From positions 23,410-87,409 of the forward strand of contig LCPR01000001.1 in NCBI GenBank assembly GCA_001003725.1: 64,000 nt of DNA, read 5' to 3'. The notes beneath the pieces are model-generated. The model was not told the DNA's origin and made no database searches. It worked only from the letters and a program-made list of their open reading frames with translations. Origin of the DNA: Candidatus Saccharibacteria bacterium GW2011_GWC2_48_9 (GTDB lineage: Bacteria; Patescibacteriota; Saccharimonadia; Saccharimonadales; Saccharimonadaceae). Below are positions 11,203 through 21,085 of the stretch, in pieces (within the stretch, counting starts at the first letter, position 1; each line of letters begins with the position of its first letter). A program made the translations under genes and the position numbers.

Positions 11203-12189
11203 CTATATTGTATCAGACGAGAGCGCTTTGTCGGTGGCTTCTATGAGCTCCCTCACCACCTGATCTTGCGATTCATACACACGAAATCCTGCGGCATATT
11301 TGTGTCCGCCGCCGCCAAAATAGCCAGCGACACTTGCACTGATCGGTGTGTTGCTGCGAAGCTTCCCGGTAAGCTTACCGTCTGGGTAGGTTTTGAGCGC
11401 CACGGCTATTTCCACGCCAACCACAAGTCGCATTTCGTCGAGTACTAGCACGCTAGGGTTGTATGCGTCGCTATATTCCTGAATTTCATCAAATGGTATA
11501 CGAACTAACGCAAGTTTACCATCGCAGTAATATTCGATGCGGCCTATGAGCCGACCTTTGTATTCGAGAATATTCTGCGGTTTTTTCATAAATTCACGAC
11601 GGCGCTCTTCTATTTGTGAGACCTTGGCGCCGAGAGCGGTTAACTCGGCTGCAACGTGAAAAGATTCTGGCTGTACATTGGGGGTAGTGAGTCCAAGCGT
11701 GTCGGATTGCAGCGCAACCATCATACCTTCTGCGGCATCTGCATTAATGCTCCAGCCAGCTTCTTTTGCCAAATGATAGATCACTTGACTTGCCGCAGGC
11801 GCTTCCTCGATTAAGAGCGTGTGACTGAAGCTAAGGTTTGGCTCAGCCTCTGTGTGGTGGTCGATGACAAGTACATCATGTGTTTCGAGAAAATGGCGAA
11901 CTCCGGTAGATTCAAGGACTTTCGTCATCAGCACATCTGCGGTAGTGTCAACTACGATAGCGAGATCGGTGGAAGCGTCGAACGTGGTTACAACCCGGTC
12001 CCAGCCCCGGATGTAGCGCATGTACTTAGGTATCTCAACAGGACAATACATTACAACTTCTTTGCCAAGGTCGCCTAATATTTCTTCGAGCGCCAGAGAG
12101 CTACCGAGGCTGTCTCCGTCTGGGTTTTCGGCTTGAATAACAATAATTTTTTTTGCGTGAGATATAAGTTGTATAGCTAATTCGAACAT
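11203..12189 (-). CDS. DHH family phosphoesterase (NrnA-like)
   Basis: PDGDS, IDHH, GGGHKYAAG; start reset to ATG 12189. Confidence 0.9.
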   Translation of the reverse strand: MFELAIQLISHAKKIIVIQAENPDGDSLGSSLALEEILGDLGKEVVMYCPVEIPKYMRYIRGWDRVVTTFDASTDLAIVVDTTADVLMTKVLESTGVRHFLETHDVLVIDHHTEAEPNLSFSHTLLIEEAPAASQVIYHLAKEAGWSINADAAEGMMVALQSDTLGLTTPNVQPESFHVAAELTALGAKVSQIEERRREFMKKPQNILEYKGRLIGRIEYYCDGKLALVRIPFDEIQEYSDAYNPSVLVLDEMRLVVGVEIAVALKTYPDGKLTGKLRSNTPISASVAGYFGGGGHKYAAGFRVYESQDQVVRELIEATDKALSSDTI

Positions 12190-12332
12190 TATGTCTAATT
12201 GTAACAGAGGTAAGAGGTTTCTAAAACATTGACAAAAATAATAAAACTTGTTATTACAATTAATTATAACCTTATGGTCTGTAGATTGACATTGTCCAAC
12301 CTGTTGAACACTGACACCGAAAGGCACTGCAC

Positions 12333-12719
12333 ATGAATATGAACAGCGTCAGGAACTACTATCGGATTAACCGGATCATCAACCGGCTCTTCAGCTCTGC
12401 GACAGTCTTTTTAGTACTCACGTACCTATTCGGTGTAATGCTCTTCGGAGCTGCCAGCGGAGCATTGCTGCTCGGAGACGAGCATCCTTGGATGTCGCGA
12501 GCCGCGGAGCTGATCTTGCTGATGTACGTAGTCTGTGGAGTCTCGACGATGATTTTGGCGCTCATGATTGAGCTTGCCAAGCTTGTTCGCAGACTTTGCG
12601 ACGAGGAATCGAAGTTTCGTCGTCATCTCCTCAGGGAGTGGAAGGCTGAGCGAAAGCTGCGTCGACGCGTTGAACGCAAGTCTGCACGAGCAAGGGCGCA
12701 AATGCAGCGCTACAGCTAG
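12333..12719 (+). CDS. Hypothetical 2-TM membrane protein with basic C-terminus
   Basis: Two hydrophobic segments, Arg-rich tail; AT-rich upstream region and downstream hairpin. Confidence 0.55.
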   Translation: MNMNSVRNYYRINRIINRLFSSATVFLVLTYLFGVMLFGAASGALLLGDEHPWMSRAAELILLMYVVCGVSTMILALMIELAKLVRRLCDEESKFRRHLLREWKAERKLRRRVERKSARARAQMQRYS

Positions 12720-12726
12720 TCAATCT

Positions 12727-12758
12727 ACGACCCCTTACGTTAATTCGTGAGGGGTCGT
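12727..12758. terminator. Intrinsic terminator between convergent genes
   Basis: acgacccct ... aggggtcgt inverted repeat. Confidence 0.65.
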
Positions 12759-12773
12759 TGACTTTCAGTTTGA

Positions 12774-13388
12774 TTACAGAAGTCGTCGGCCCTCGAGCGC
12801 GTGGCTGAGGGTAATTTGATCTGCATACTCTAAATCAACACCTACAGGCAGGCCACGTGCGAGTCTGCTCATTTTTACAGATAGGCCATGCTGCTCAATT
12901 TGCCGCTGGAGAAAGAGCGCTGTTGACTCCCCTTCTACACTTGCATTGGTGGCGATAATAATCTCTTCCACCTCATCATCTTTGATACGGTGTAGTAGCT
13001 CTGGTATGTGCAGTTGCTCCGGGCCAACGCCATCTATCGGGCTGATTGCGCCGCCTAGTACGTGATAGGTGCCGTTGAACTGTCCTGTGCGCTCTAGCGC
13101 TATAATATCGAGTGGCTCTTCCACGACAGCAACAAGCTTTCTCTCGCGCGAAGGGTTGCTATATAGCGGCGATACGCTCTCGCTTGCATCGATGAGGGCG
13201 AACGTCTTAGGGCAGGACTTTACGCCAGTATGTAGCTGGGTGACGGCTTGTGCTAGCTTGCGGTTTGATGCATCGTTTGCACGAAGCAAGTGATACGCGT
13301 ACCTCTCGGCGGTACGCGCACCAACACCTGGTAATTTGCCAAGCTCATCAATAACGGTCAAAAGGGCCTGAGGTAATAGCTGGGGCAT
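12774..13388 (-). CDS. recR: Recombination mediator RecR
   Basis: HhH LPGVGARTA, YHVLGGAISP, TOPRIM, GDLEYAD-like C-terminus. Confidence 0.95.
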   Translation of the reverse strand: MPQLLPQALLTVIDELGKLPGVGARTAERYAYHLLRANDASNRKLAQAVTQLHTGVKSCPKTFALIDASESVSPLYSNPSRERKLVAVVEEPLDIIALERTGQFNGTYHVLGGAISPIDGVGPEQLHIPELLHRIKDDEVEEIIIATNASVEGESTALFLQRQIEQHGLSVKMSRLARGLPVGVDLEYADQITLSHALEGRRLL

Positions 13389-13395
13389 GACTAGA

Positions 13396-13698
13396 TTACA
13401 TGCCTGGCAAGTTCATGCCGCCCATGAGAGGCTTCATCTTTTCTGCTGCCACTTCTTGGGCCTTTGCCATTCCATCCCGAATTGCTGCTTCAAGCCACGC
13501 TTCGAGTTCTTCAATGTCTTTTAGATCGACATACTCAGGATTAATGCTGATATTTTCAATCTTCAACTCGCCGTTGATAGTTACCTCTACTGCCGGGTCA
13601 TCGTCGTCTCCGCCAGCTACAGCAACGATCTGCTGCTTCTTGAGTTCTTTTTGCGCTTTGCGCAGGTCGTTAATCATCTTCATTTGGTCAAACGCCAT
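13396..13698 (-). CDS. ybaB: YbaB/EbfC nucleoid-associated protein
   Basis: Size, GG..VTING motif, position next to recR. Confidence 0.85.
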   Translation of the reverse strand: MAFDQMKMINDLRKAQKELKKQQIVAVAGGDDDDPAVEVTINGELKIENISINPEYVDLKDIEELEAWLEAAIRDGMAKAQEVAAEKMKPLMGGMNLPGM

Positions 13699-13750
13699 AT
13701 CAGTATTCTCCTCCTCTGTATTACTTCCTATATAGTATACGCCATATCGC

Positions 13751-15223
13751 CTATCTTTTGTAGATATAGAGCCTGTCGGAATCTCTATGAAGCGCAGTGT
13801 CGGCTACAACGTATTCTGGTGTGCCGACGAGCTTTGATGCTGCTGATTTTGTGACAATTGCGCGCTGTCCTTCTTTGAGACGAATTTGCTGAGAAGCGGA
13901 ATCAACGGTAGTAACTGAAGGGTTTAGATTGTTTGTGCTGAGGAAGATCCGATATATATCATCTTCACTACTATTCACTACAAGCGAAGAATCTGGTGAT
14001 TTTTGTAATTCTTCTTTCACGAGCCGCAGATCGTCCCTCGAACGATTTGCTAATGGAGCATAATAATGAAATGCATAGAAGAATTGCACAGTGCTAGAAA
14101 GTATTATGCAGGCGAAGAGCGTGGTAACTGGTATGAGTGCAAATATGCGAGCGTACGGGTTGCGAGGAAATAATCTGTACCAATAGTTGAGTACGCAGCG
14201 CACCCCACTCGCCACTAACAGCGCGAATGGTACAACTAATAGATATACCGCCGATGGGTTAAATACGATAACAGCTGTAGTGAGTAAAAGCCAAGTGAAC
14301 GTAATGTAGTAAAGTGCAGCGTGGCGCCACTTGTACATTTGGTAGCAGCCTATTATCACAAAGGCGAGACTACTTAGTCCAAATACAGGGGCCAACATGC
14401 CGGTAGATGCCGTTGACGATGAAGAGAAGTCGACAATTTGCATTGCAACTAGTGATAGGTTGGTAGTGATATCGAGCGAGAAACTATCGGAGCGGTACAA
14501 TAGTTCCGAAGCAAGTGAGAGGCTTTGGTATGATGCGTATGCTACCACTGCCATGCTTATAAATATCAAGAGAGATGCTGTGGCTAATGCGCCATTAGAC
14601 GTTTTGCGGATGAGGTACCGAGCGTGGGGGTGCAATAAGCTGCCGATAATGAGCGCAAGTATGACGTAGATACTAAACGGCGTAAACAGACTGAGTGCGC
14701 CTACGAACCCGGCTGCGCACACCGAACTGGGTTTGACACCTTGCCTATGAACACCGTACGTCAATGCAAGTAAAAGTATGACAGGCCAAAACACTGCCAT
14801 GATGGCCGGCGTTGCAGTTGTGGCAAGCGAGATAAACAAAGAAGACACAATTATAATACCCGCGGTGATGATACTCGTGGTTTGCGAAAAGCGTCTCGCC
14901 AGCACAAATACCAACGCCACCGCAGATAGAAAGCCGATAATAACAGAAGGCAGCTTGGCGCTAAAACTACTCAGACCGAGCAATTCTATCGAAAATTTTT
15001 GAAGACCATGGTACGGCATATCTGTGACTAGAAAGCTCGATGGGTTACTGAGCTGTAGGCTGTCACTTTTTACCACGGAGCTATTTTCCATATCGGTGAG
15101 ACCACCAGGGACGTATAGTGAAGCAAATGTTAAAACACCCAACACAAGCACTGCAAGAAAGCCATAGCCTATCCAGAATCGCAACCGATACAGTGTGTAT
15201 TTTTTAACAGAATTTTTTGTCAT
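13751..15223 (-). CDS. GT-C / ArnT-PMT-like membrane glycosyltransferase
   Basis: Multi-TM, PYH..., SAKLPS helix pattern. Confidence 0.6.
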   Translation of the reverse strand: MTKNSVKKYTLYRLRFWIGYGFLAVLVLGVLTFASLYVPGGLTDMENSSVVKSDSLQLSNPSSFLVTDMPYHGLQKFSIELLGLSSFSAKLPSVIIGFLSAVALVFVLARRFSQTTSIITAGIIIVSSLFISLATTATPAIMAVFWPVILLLALTYGVHRQGVKPSSVCAAGFVGALSLFTPFSIYVILALIIGSLLHPHARYLIRKTSNGALATASLLIFISMAVVAYASYQSLSLASELLYRSDSFSLDITTNLSLVAMQIVDFSSSSTASTGMLAPVFGLSSLAFVIIGCYQMYKWRHAALYYITFTWLLLTTAVIVFNPSAVYLLVVPFALLVASGVRCVLNYWYRLFPRNPYARIFALIPVTTLFACIILSSTVQFFYAFHYYAPLANRSRDDLRLVKEELQKSPDSSLVVNSSEDDIYRIFLSTNNLNPSVTTVDSASQQIRLKEGQRAIVTKSAASKLVGTPEYVVADTALHRDSDRLYIYKR

Positions 15224-15244
15224 AAACAGATTTTATTATACCCG

Positions 15245-16591
15245 CTAATCGTGATGTTTGTCGAGGGACATAAACCTCAGGCGCTCTGGGTGGAAGAACA
15301 GCTGGACTTTTCCTACAGGCCCATTACGATGTTTCGCTATAATCAGGTCAGTAATATTCTGCACATCAGGATTATCTGGCTCATAGTATCCGGGACGATA
15401 AATAAAGGACACAATGTCGGCATCTTGCTCGATACTTCCGGATTCACGTAGGTCTGATAGCTGTGGTATTGGTGGAGTTCGACTTTCGACGCTACGACTG
15501 AGCTGACTTAGTGCGATAACAGGGACATTGAGTTCTCGGGCGACCAGCTTAAGGCCACGTGATATCTCACTCACCTCTTGCACTCGGTTTCCGTCGTGAC
15601 GGCCACTGCCTTGCATAAGCTGCAGGTAGTCGACGATGATCAGGCCTAGCTGCTGTTCATGTGCTATACGACGAGCTTTTGTGCGCATTTCTAGTACGCT
15701 GAGGCCTGGCTTGTCATCGATGTAGATAGGTGCTTCGGCCATTTCGCCCATCGCATCGCTGAGCTTAGAAAAGTCCTCGTCGCTGAGGTTTCCCGTGCGA
15801 ATATTCCACGCGTCAACTCCAGATGCATCGGCTAGCATACGGTCCACCAGCTGCTCCTTGCTCATCTCTAGGCTGAAAAAAAGTACGGCTTTCTGTTCGA
15901 TTGTTGCTACGTTGTAAGCAAGGTTTGTTACGAGAGTGGTTTTACCCATGGCTGGTCGTGCTGCCAAGATGATGAGATCGCTGCGCTGCAGACCAGCTGT
16001 CATATTGTCGAGGTCACGGTAACCTGTTTTGATGCCGCGAAGGGCTCCTTTATTACGATGAAGTTCTTCCATGCGGTCGAAACTTTCGGTTAGTACATTT
16101 TCTATACTCACCAAGTCTTGCTTGAGCGACTTATCGCTGACGCTAAAAAGTTCCGCTTCGGCTTTGCTAAGAAGCTCTTGCGTTTCGTACTCCTCGTCGT
16201 ATCCAAGCTCGGTAATTTCGCTACTGGCATGAATAAGCCTTCGTCGTACCGCTTTTTGCGATACGAGATCTGCATACGCCTCGGCGTGCGCTGACGTAGG
16301 GACGTAGTTCGTGAGTTCCGACAGATATGCTGAGCCACCACTTGCCTCGAGTTGATCTTTGCGCTTTAACTCATCTGTTAATGTTAATAAGTCAACCGGT
16401 TTATGTCGTTCGTATAGCCGCATCATGGCGTCAAAAATCATTTCGTGCGGTTTTTCGTAAAAATCAACAGGTTTTACCGATTCAGATACATCTGGTAGTA
16501 CTTCTTCGTCAATCAAAACAGCGCCGAGCAGGCTTTTTTCTGCATCGACGTTTTGCGGTGGTATGCGCGCGCTGATTTTTTTATTCGACAT
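15245..16591 (-). CDS. dnaB: Replicative DNA helicase
   Basis: AARPAMGKT, DYLQL, LSQLSR, SGSIEQDAD. Confidence 0.98.
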   Translation of the reverse strand: MSNKKISARIPPQNVDAEKSLLGAVLIDEEVLPDVSESVKPVDFYEKPHEMIFDAMMRLYERHKPVDLLTLTDELKRKDQLEASGGSAYLSELTNYVPTSAHAEAYADLVSQKAVRRRLIHASSEITELGYDEEYETQELLSKAEAELFSVSDKSLKQDLVSIENVLTESFDRMEELHRNKGALRGIKTGYRDLDNMTAGLQRSDLIILAARPAMGKTTLVTNLAYNVATIEQKAVLFFSLEMSKEQLVDRMLADASGVDAWNIRTGNLSDEDFSKLSDAMGEMAEAPIYIDDKPGLSVLEMRTKARRIAHEQQLGLIIVDYLQLMQGSGRHDGNRVQEVSEISRGLKLVARELNVPVIALSQLSRSVESRTPPIPQLSDLRESGSIEQDADIVSFIYRPGYYEPDNPDVQNITDLIIAKHRNGPVGKVQLFFHPERLRFMSLDKHHD

Positions 16592-18044
16592 TGACCTCTT
16601 CTCCTCCCCCCATCATAGCAGCTACGCGCGCCGCCTGACTATCTTTGGGCGGTGCTGTCATGCCAAGCACTTCCACTTCTATGCCGCTACCGCATCCAAC
16701 TGCTTCGAATATCTGTCCAAGTAGCGGACGGTATTTTGTGTCATCAAGCTTTGTTTTGTTAAACTTTCTACCAGCATATAGCACTACTTTGTCACTTTGT
16801 ATGTCAGGGGTGCACTTTGATAGGATGGCATATAGTGCCGAATGATGCTCTTGGCTATAGTCGAGCACAGCTTGCCAGTTGAACTTTGACAGATCGGCAG
16901 GACTGGCAGGAGTAGCCGCTTGACTTGGCTCACTGGTAGTGTCGGGTAAAGCGGCCAGGGCTGCTGGTTTTGGCTGTGCGGGTGACATCTCGATGGATGC
17001 TGAGCGAGCGGGCGAAGTTTTCTGTCGCTTGACAGGTGTCGCGACGATAGCTTGCTTTCTTTCGACATGTGTAGCTTGCGCGGCATACTTGGGTTTATCT
17101 ACTACCTGTGAAAGTAGAGTAACGAGCATTTTTGTTTCGGGGTGTGTAGATTTTGGAATTTCCATGAGGCCGCCAAGTACATGTACGAACTCGGGATGAC
17201 TCGGGAGTAATAGTGTCAAGTCATGTAGTAGCTGCGATGAGAGTGTCGTTGCACTGACGCCACGTGCCTGAATAGTTTGTATAGCATGTATGATTGTCTG
17301 CGCGTCGCGATGTTCTAGTTGCGTAGTGAGTTCTGCTAATTCTTCGGAAGTCGCCAGTCCAAGTGAAACTTCTAGATCATTTGCGGTTAAGACTTCTCCT
17401 GTTTTTTGGATATGCTGCGCTTGATCAAGTAAGCTCACACTGTCTCGCAGGCTTCCTTCGCCTCGCCGTGCGATAACACGCAGGGCTGCTTCCTCTATGT
17501 GTATATTCTCGGTCTTCGCAATGTTACTGAGATGCGCGATAACAGCATCTTCGGGTATCACTCTGAAATGATACCGCTGCGTGCGACTGACTATAGTGTC
17601 AGGTAGTTTATCGAGGTCTGTTGTTGCGAGTATAAACACCACGTGAGCTGGTGGCTCCTCGAGGATCTTTAATAGCGCATTGAACGCTGGTTTTGATAGC
17701 ATGTGCACTTCGTCTATGATATAGATCTTTTTGGCAGCTTGCGTCGGAGCAACGAGCGCTTTACTGCGTAGCTCTCGCACATCATCTACGCCATTGTTAC
17801 TTGCTGCATCAATTTCAATGATATCAAGGTGCTCAGACTCATCGGTATATGGGAGTTTGTTAATTTCGTGTGCCAAGATACGTGCGATAGACGTCTTGCC
17901 TACTCCGCGCGGCCCTGTGAGTAAATAAGCGTGCGAAATGCTGTCGGCGTCGAGCGCACGTTTAAGTACATCGGTAACGTGACGTTGACCGACAATTTCA
18001 TCGAGCGATTTGCTCCTGTACTTTCTATATAGCGCTTGCGCCAT
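16581..18044 (-). CDS. dnaX: DNA polymerase III gamma/tau
   Basis: LYRKYR, GPRGVGKT, EIDAASN, DEVHML. Confidence 0.97.
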   Translation of the reverse strand: MAQALYRKYRSKSLDEIVGQRHVTDVLKRALDADSISHAYLLTGPRGVGKTSIARILAHEINKLPYTDESEHLDIIEIDAASNNGVDDVRELRSKALVAPTQAAKKIYIIDEVHMLSKPAFNALLKILEEPPAHVVFILATTDLDKLPDTIVSRTQRYHFRVIPEDAVIAHLSNIAKTENIHIEEAALRVIARRGEGSLRDSVSLLDQAQHIQKTGEVLTANDLEVSLGLATSEELAELTTQLEHRDAQTIIHAIQTIQARGVSATTLSSQLLHDLTLLLPSHPEFVHVLGGLMEIPKSTHPETKMLVTLLSQVVDKPKYAAQATHVERKQAIVATPVKRQKTSPARSASIEMSPAQPKPAALAALPDTTSEPSQAATPASPADLSKFNWQAVLDYSQEHHSALYAILSKCTPDIQSDKVVLYAGRKFNKTKLDDTKYRPLLGQIFEAVGCGSGIEVEVLGMTAPPKDSQAARVAAMMGGGEEVNVE

Positions 18045-18185
18045 GCGGCTTCCTCATATCTTCTTCTATTGTAGCGCATATACCCTTGGTGTGGCTGATT
18101 GAATGTGAGAACTACAACTTTTCTTATATACAAAAATCACCAGCACACTTTGATACTGGTGATAGTCATGAAGACTCCGATATGT

Positions 18186-18701
18186 TTACAAGGCGGCTTC
18201 TACGGCTGCCCAGGTAGCATCTGGGTTGTCTTCGGGGATGATGATCGTGACTTGGTCCCCCATGCTTATACGGAAGTACGTAACGCTTGCGAGCAGAATA
18301 CGGTACTCTTTTGCATTTGCTTCCACGTAATATGCGCCGTCATGCTGCACGAGTGTACCGATGATCTGTCGACGTGCTGCCGGGCCAATTTGCTTATAGA
18401 CAAATCCGCCATCGTCGGTAATGGTAAGTTTTAACATGTCACCTTCGACTAGCTTAGACTTACTCGCGTAGTTTGCTGGTACTGGGTAGTTTTTCCCATC
18501 TGGACCAATCATGAGTTGGCCGTCAAAGACGCCCTCTACAACTTTACCCGTAACATCTTCTTGGCTGTTTCGCGGGGTGACAATAGTGTCATCTTCGCCC
18601 AGAATACTAATCAATAGCTCCTTCGCGGCGGCCAAGTTAGTCTCTGCATCTTGAATCAAGGATTTCAGTCGTTTGACTTGTTTTTCTGGTAGTTCAGACA
18701 T
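18186..18701 (-). CDS. Hypothetical protein (coiled coil plus beta-rich domains)
   Basis: Long clean ORF with protein-like composition (YPVPANYASKSKL). Confidence 0.75.
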   Translation of the reverse strand: MSELPEKQVKRLKSLIQDAETNLAAAKELLISILGEDDTIVTPRNSQEDVTGKVVEGVFDGQLMIGPDGKNYPVPANYASKSKLVEGDMLKLTITDDGGFVYKQIGPAARRQIIGTLVQHDGAYYVEANAKEYRILLASVTYFRISMGDQVTIIIPEDNPDATWAAVEAAL

Positions 18702-18893
18702 ATTTTTCTCGCAGTTCCTTGTCTGTGTTTTTATACTATCACCCCTATATATAGCGTAGCTGGGCGTATATTGTCAAGTTTCTCGATCATTTCCACAATC
18801 AAAACTGGGGTAGAGCCAATATCGTTGTGAATTTTGCTATTGCTCTTTGCTTTACTTGTATGTTAAGAGAATATCTACCTATGCATAGCCAAT

Positions 18894-18925
18894 AAAATAC
18901 CACCCGCAAATGCAAGTGGTATTTT
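18894..18925 (-). terminator. Terminator after rplL
   Basis: aaaataccac ... gtggtatttt. Confidence 0.65.
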
Positions 18926-18958
18926 TGTCCTTATCAAATCACGGCCGATGAGTGTAAA

Positions 18959-19333
18959 CTAAACGAGTTCGACTGTTGCGCCAGCTTCTTCGAGCTGTTT
19001 CTTCGCAGCTTCTGCGTCGTCCTTAGAAACTTTCTCTTTGATTGCGCTTGGTGCGCCGTCAACGAGAGCCTTTGCTTCGCCAAGGCCGAGACCAGTGATC
19101 TCTTTAACAGCCTTGATAACAGCGACTTTCTGTGCACCAGCGTCTGCTAGTTGCACAGTAAATTCAGACTTAGCGTCTTCTTCAACTGCAGGACCTGCAG
19201 CTGGGCCTGCTACTGCTACAGCAGCGGCAGCTGGTTCGATTCCGTATTCATCTTTGAGTACGTTTTTGAGGTCGTTTACCTCGAGTACTGTGAGCTTTGT
19301 AAGCTCTTCAGCGAGTTTTTTAACATCAGCCAT
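18959..19333 (-). CDS. rplL: 50S ribosomal protein bL12
   Basis: AAAVAVA hinge, GLGEAK. Confidence 0.98.
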   Translation of the reverse strand: MADVKKLAEELTKLTVLEVNDLKNVLKDEYGIEPAAAAVAVAGPAAGPAVEEDAKSEFTVQLADAGAQKVAVIKAVKEITGLGLGEAKALVDGAPSAIKEKVSKDDAEAAKKQLEEAGATVELV

Positions 19334-19357
19334 AATTGACTCCTTGTATAACTAAAT

Positions 19358-19882
19358 TTAACTTGTTGCTTTGGCTTCTACGCCATCGAGTAGCGCATGA
19401 AGATTGCCAGAAAGTGCGTTCGTAACATCGTGCACTGGTGAAAGAAGTTGTGCAACAACTTGCGCCACCATTTGTTCGCGACTTGGCAGACTCGCAAGAG
19501 CCGTCACTTCGTCGACAGACAATGTTGTGCCGTCGTTGGCAAACGCACCAGCGAATGCAAGTGCAGGATGAGTTTTTGCAAAATCATTCAACACCTGCGC
19601 TGGCGCTACTTCGTCACTGTCGCACGTTGCGTATAGCAACTGACCGGTAAGTGCCGAAGTATCGGTTTCTTTATAGACATCGTTTTCAGACAATGCCACG
19701 CGCACAAGGCGGTTCTTGATCACACGGATCACGATGCCTTTTTCTCGTGCAGAGCGGCGAAGTTCTTGGAGATCAGCAACGCTGAGATCTTTGTACTTTG
19801 CAAACACTGTCATTTTCGATGTTGCGAGTAGTTCGCTAAAATCGGCAACCAAAGCTTGTTTTTTATCGCGTGTAATAGCCAT
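19358..19882 (-). CDS. rplJ: 50S ribosomal protein uL10
   Basis: VIKNRL, LASLPSREQ. Confidence 0.97.
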   Translation of the reverse strand: MAITRDKKQALVADFSELLATSKMTVFAKYKDLSVADLQELRRSAREKGIVIRVIKNRLVRVALSENDVYKETDTSALTGQLLYATCDSDEVAPAQVLNDFAKTHPALAFAGAFANDGTTLSVDEVTALASLPSREQMVAQVVAQLLSPVHDVTNALSGNLHALLDGVEAKATS

Positions 19883-19939
19883 AAAAATCCTTTCTTTGAT
19901 TGTTTCTAAGTATCGGCCGGATTGTCAAAGGTCGGTAAT

Positions 19940-20070
19940 GTGAGTTGCCGAGAAATAAAATAAGTCTCGGGTTCTCGCACTACCAAAGACTTACAAATGA
20001 ATGAATGTTTGTTTCACTCCTCGGTAGCGGATTAAGCGTTGGTTGCCCTCGGCTGCTACTGTCTCTGGTA
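19940..20070 (-). promoter_or_regulatory. L10 leader (autogenous control RNA)
   Basis: Minus strand GAGACAGTAGC...TTAA...GCTACCGAGG resembles the L10-leader core, in the rplJ 5' UTR; boundaries approximate. Confidence 0.7.
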
Positions 20071-20164
20071 ATGTCTATGAAAAGTATATAGAATCCGCGT
20101 AAAAATGTCAACAGTCTTCGCTGCTAAGCTTGATATAGTCAATGAAGTATGATATAGTAATACT

Positions 20165-21058
20165 ATGAAACAACCCGGATTAGTTACCCCGGAAATTAGA
20201 TACACGGTTCAAGACACCACAGGAACGGGCGAACGCGATCTATCCGAACAGTCGAACAACATCATGACGGCTCTTGATGCACCCATTGCTCGTGCGGGCG
20301 CATTTGACAGGACTGATAATCACTTCACTGCTACTCCGTTAGACTCGGATCAGCTGACAATTAGCGGCCTTTCGTTTGGCCGCGTCAATAGGATGTTTCT
20401 TGACTCTGTTATGGCCGGAGAGGAGCTTCAGGCGCTTTCTCCGGGTATACAGCAAGTTATTGGTGACGAAATCGCGCTTGTAGCTGAGCGGCGTATTGAA
20501 AAAAGTCGAACAAATATGAATATTCTTCGGCGAATACTAGAAGACCGCATCAACGTAGAAATAGAATACGGTACTGTTCCATCGACAATTGATACATCTA
20601 CGCTAGAAGCTGTACTCGATCTAAGAGCCGGCACGGCAAACATAGGGCAACAAGTGGAGATGCTAAATCTGCTGCCAGAAATTGGCTCACTGGAGATTGC
20701 AAAGACGACGTGTCCGTGCGACCTCGGCCTCGCAAACGATAATGCACAGCACCTTCTGCGCGAGCTCGCGGCCCTGCAGACTGCACATCCTGATTGGAAT
20801 ATTGAGCTAGTGCCACCTGACGAATCTGAACACCGAATAGTAGAACAAAACGACACTCTTATATCCTCAAAATGGATCAGTGCAACAATCGGCCTAGGGT
20901 CAACGCGTTTTGATGTTGTCACAAAACAAAGTAATTTAATATTGCCGCTAGGCAAGGAGCCCGTTGCTCACCGCAATCCCAGGATGATTGGCGGGGTTTT
21001 GTACGACATTCAGCCGCTTACTATTATGCAGTATCTGCGTCCATCAAAACATCAGTAA
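20165..21058 (+). CDS. Hypothetical protein
   Basis: 297 aa ORF with TGATATAGT 6 nt before ATG. Confidence 0.7.
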   Translation: MKQPGLVTPEIRYTVQDTTGTGERDLSEQSNNIMTALDAPIARAGAFDRTDNHFTATPLDSDQLTISGLSFGRVNRMFLDSVMAGEELQALSPGIQQVIGDEIALVAERRIEKSRTNMNILRRILEDRINVEIEYGTVPSTIDTSTLEAVLDLRAGTANIGQQVEMLNLLPEIGSLEIAKTTCPCDLGLANDNAQHLLRELAALQTAHPDWNIELVPPDESEHRIVEQNDTLISSKWISATIGLGSTRFDVVTKQSNLILPLGKEPVAHRNPRMIGGVLYDIQPLTIMQYLRPSKHQ

Positions 21059-21085
21059 TCTACCGCTTCTAGGGATAGTAAGATT

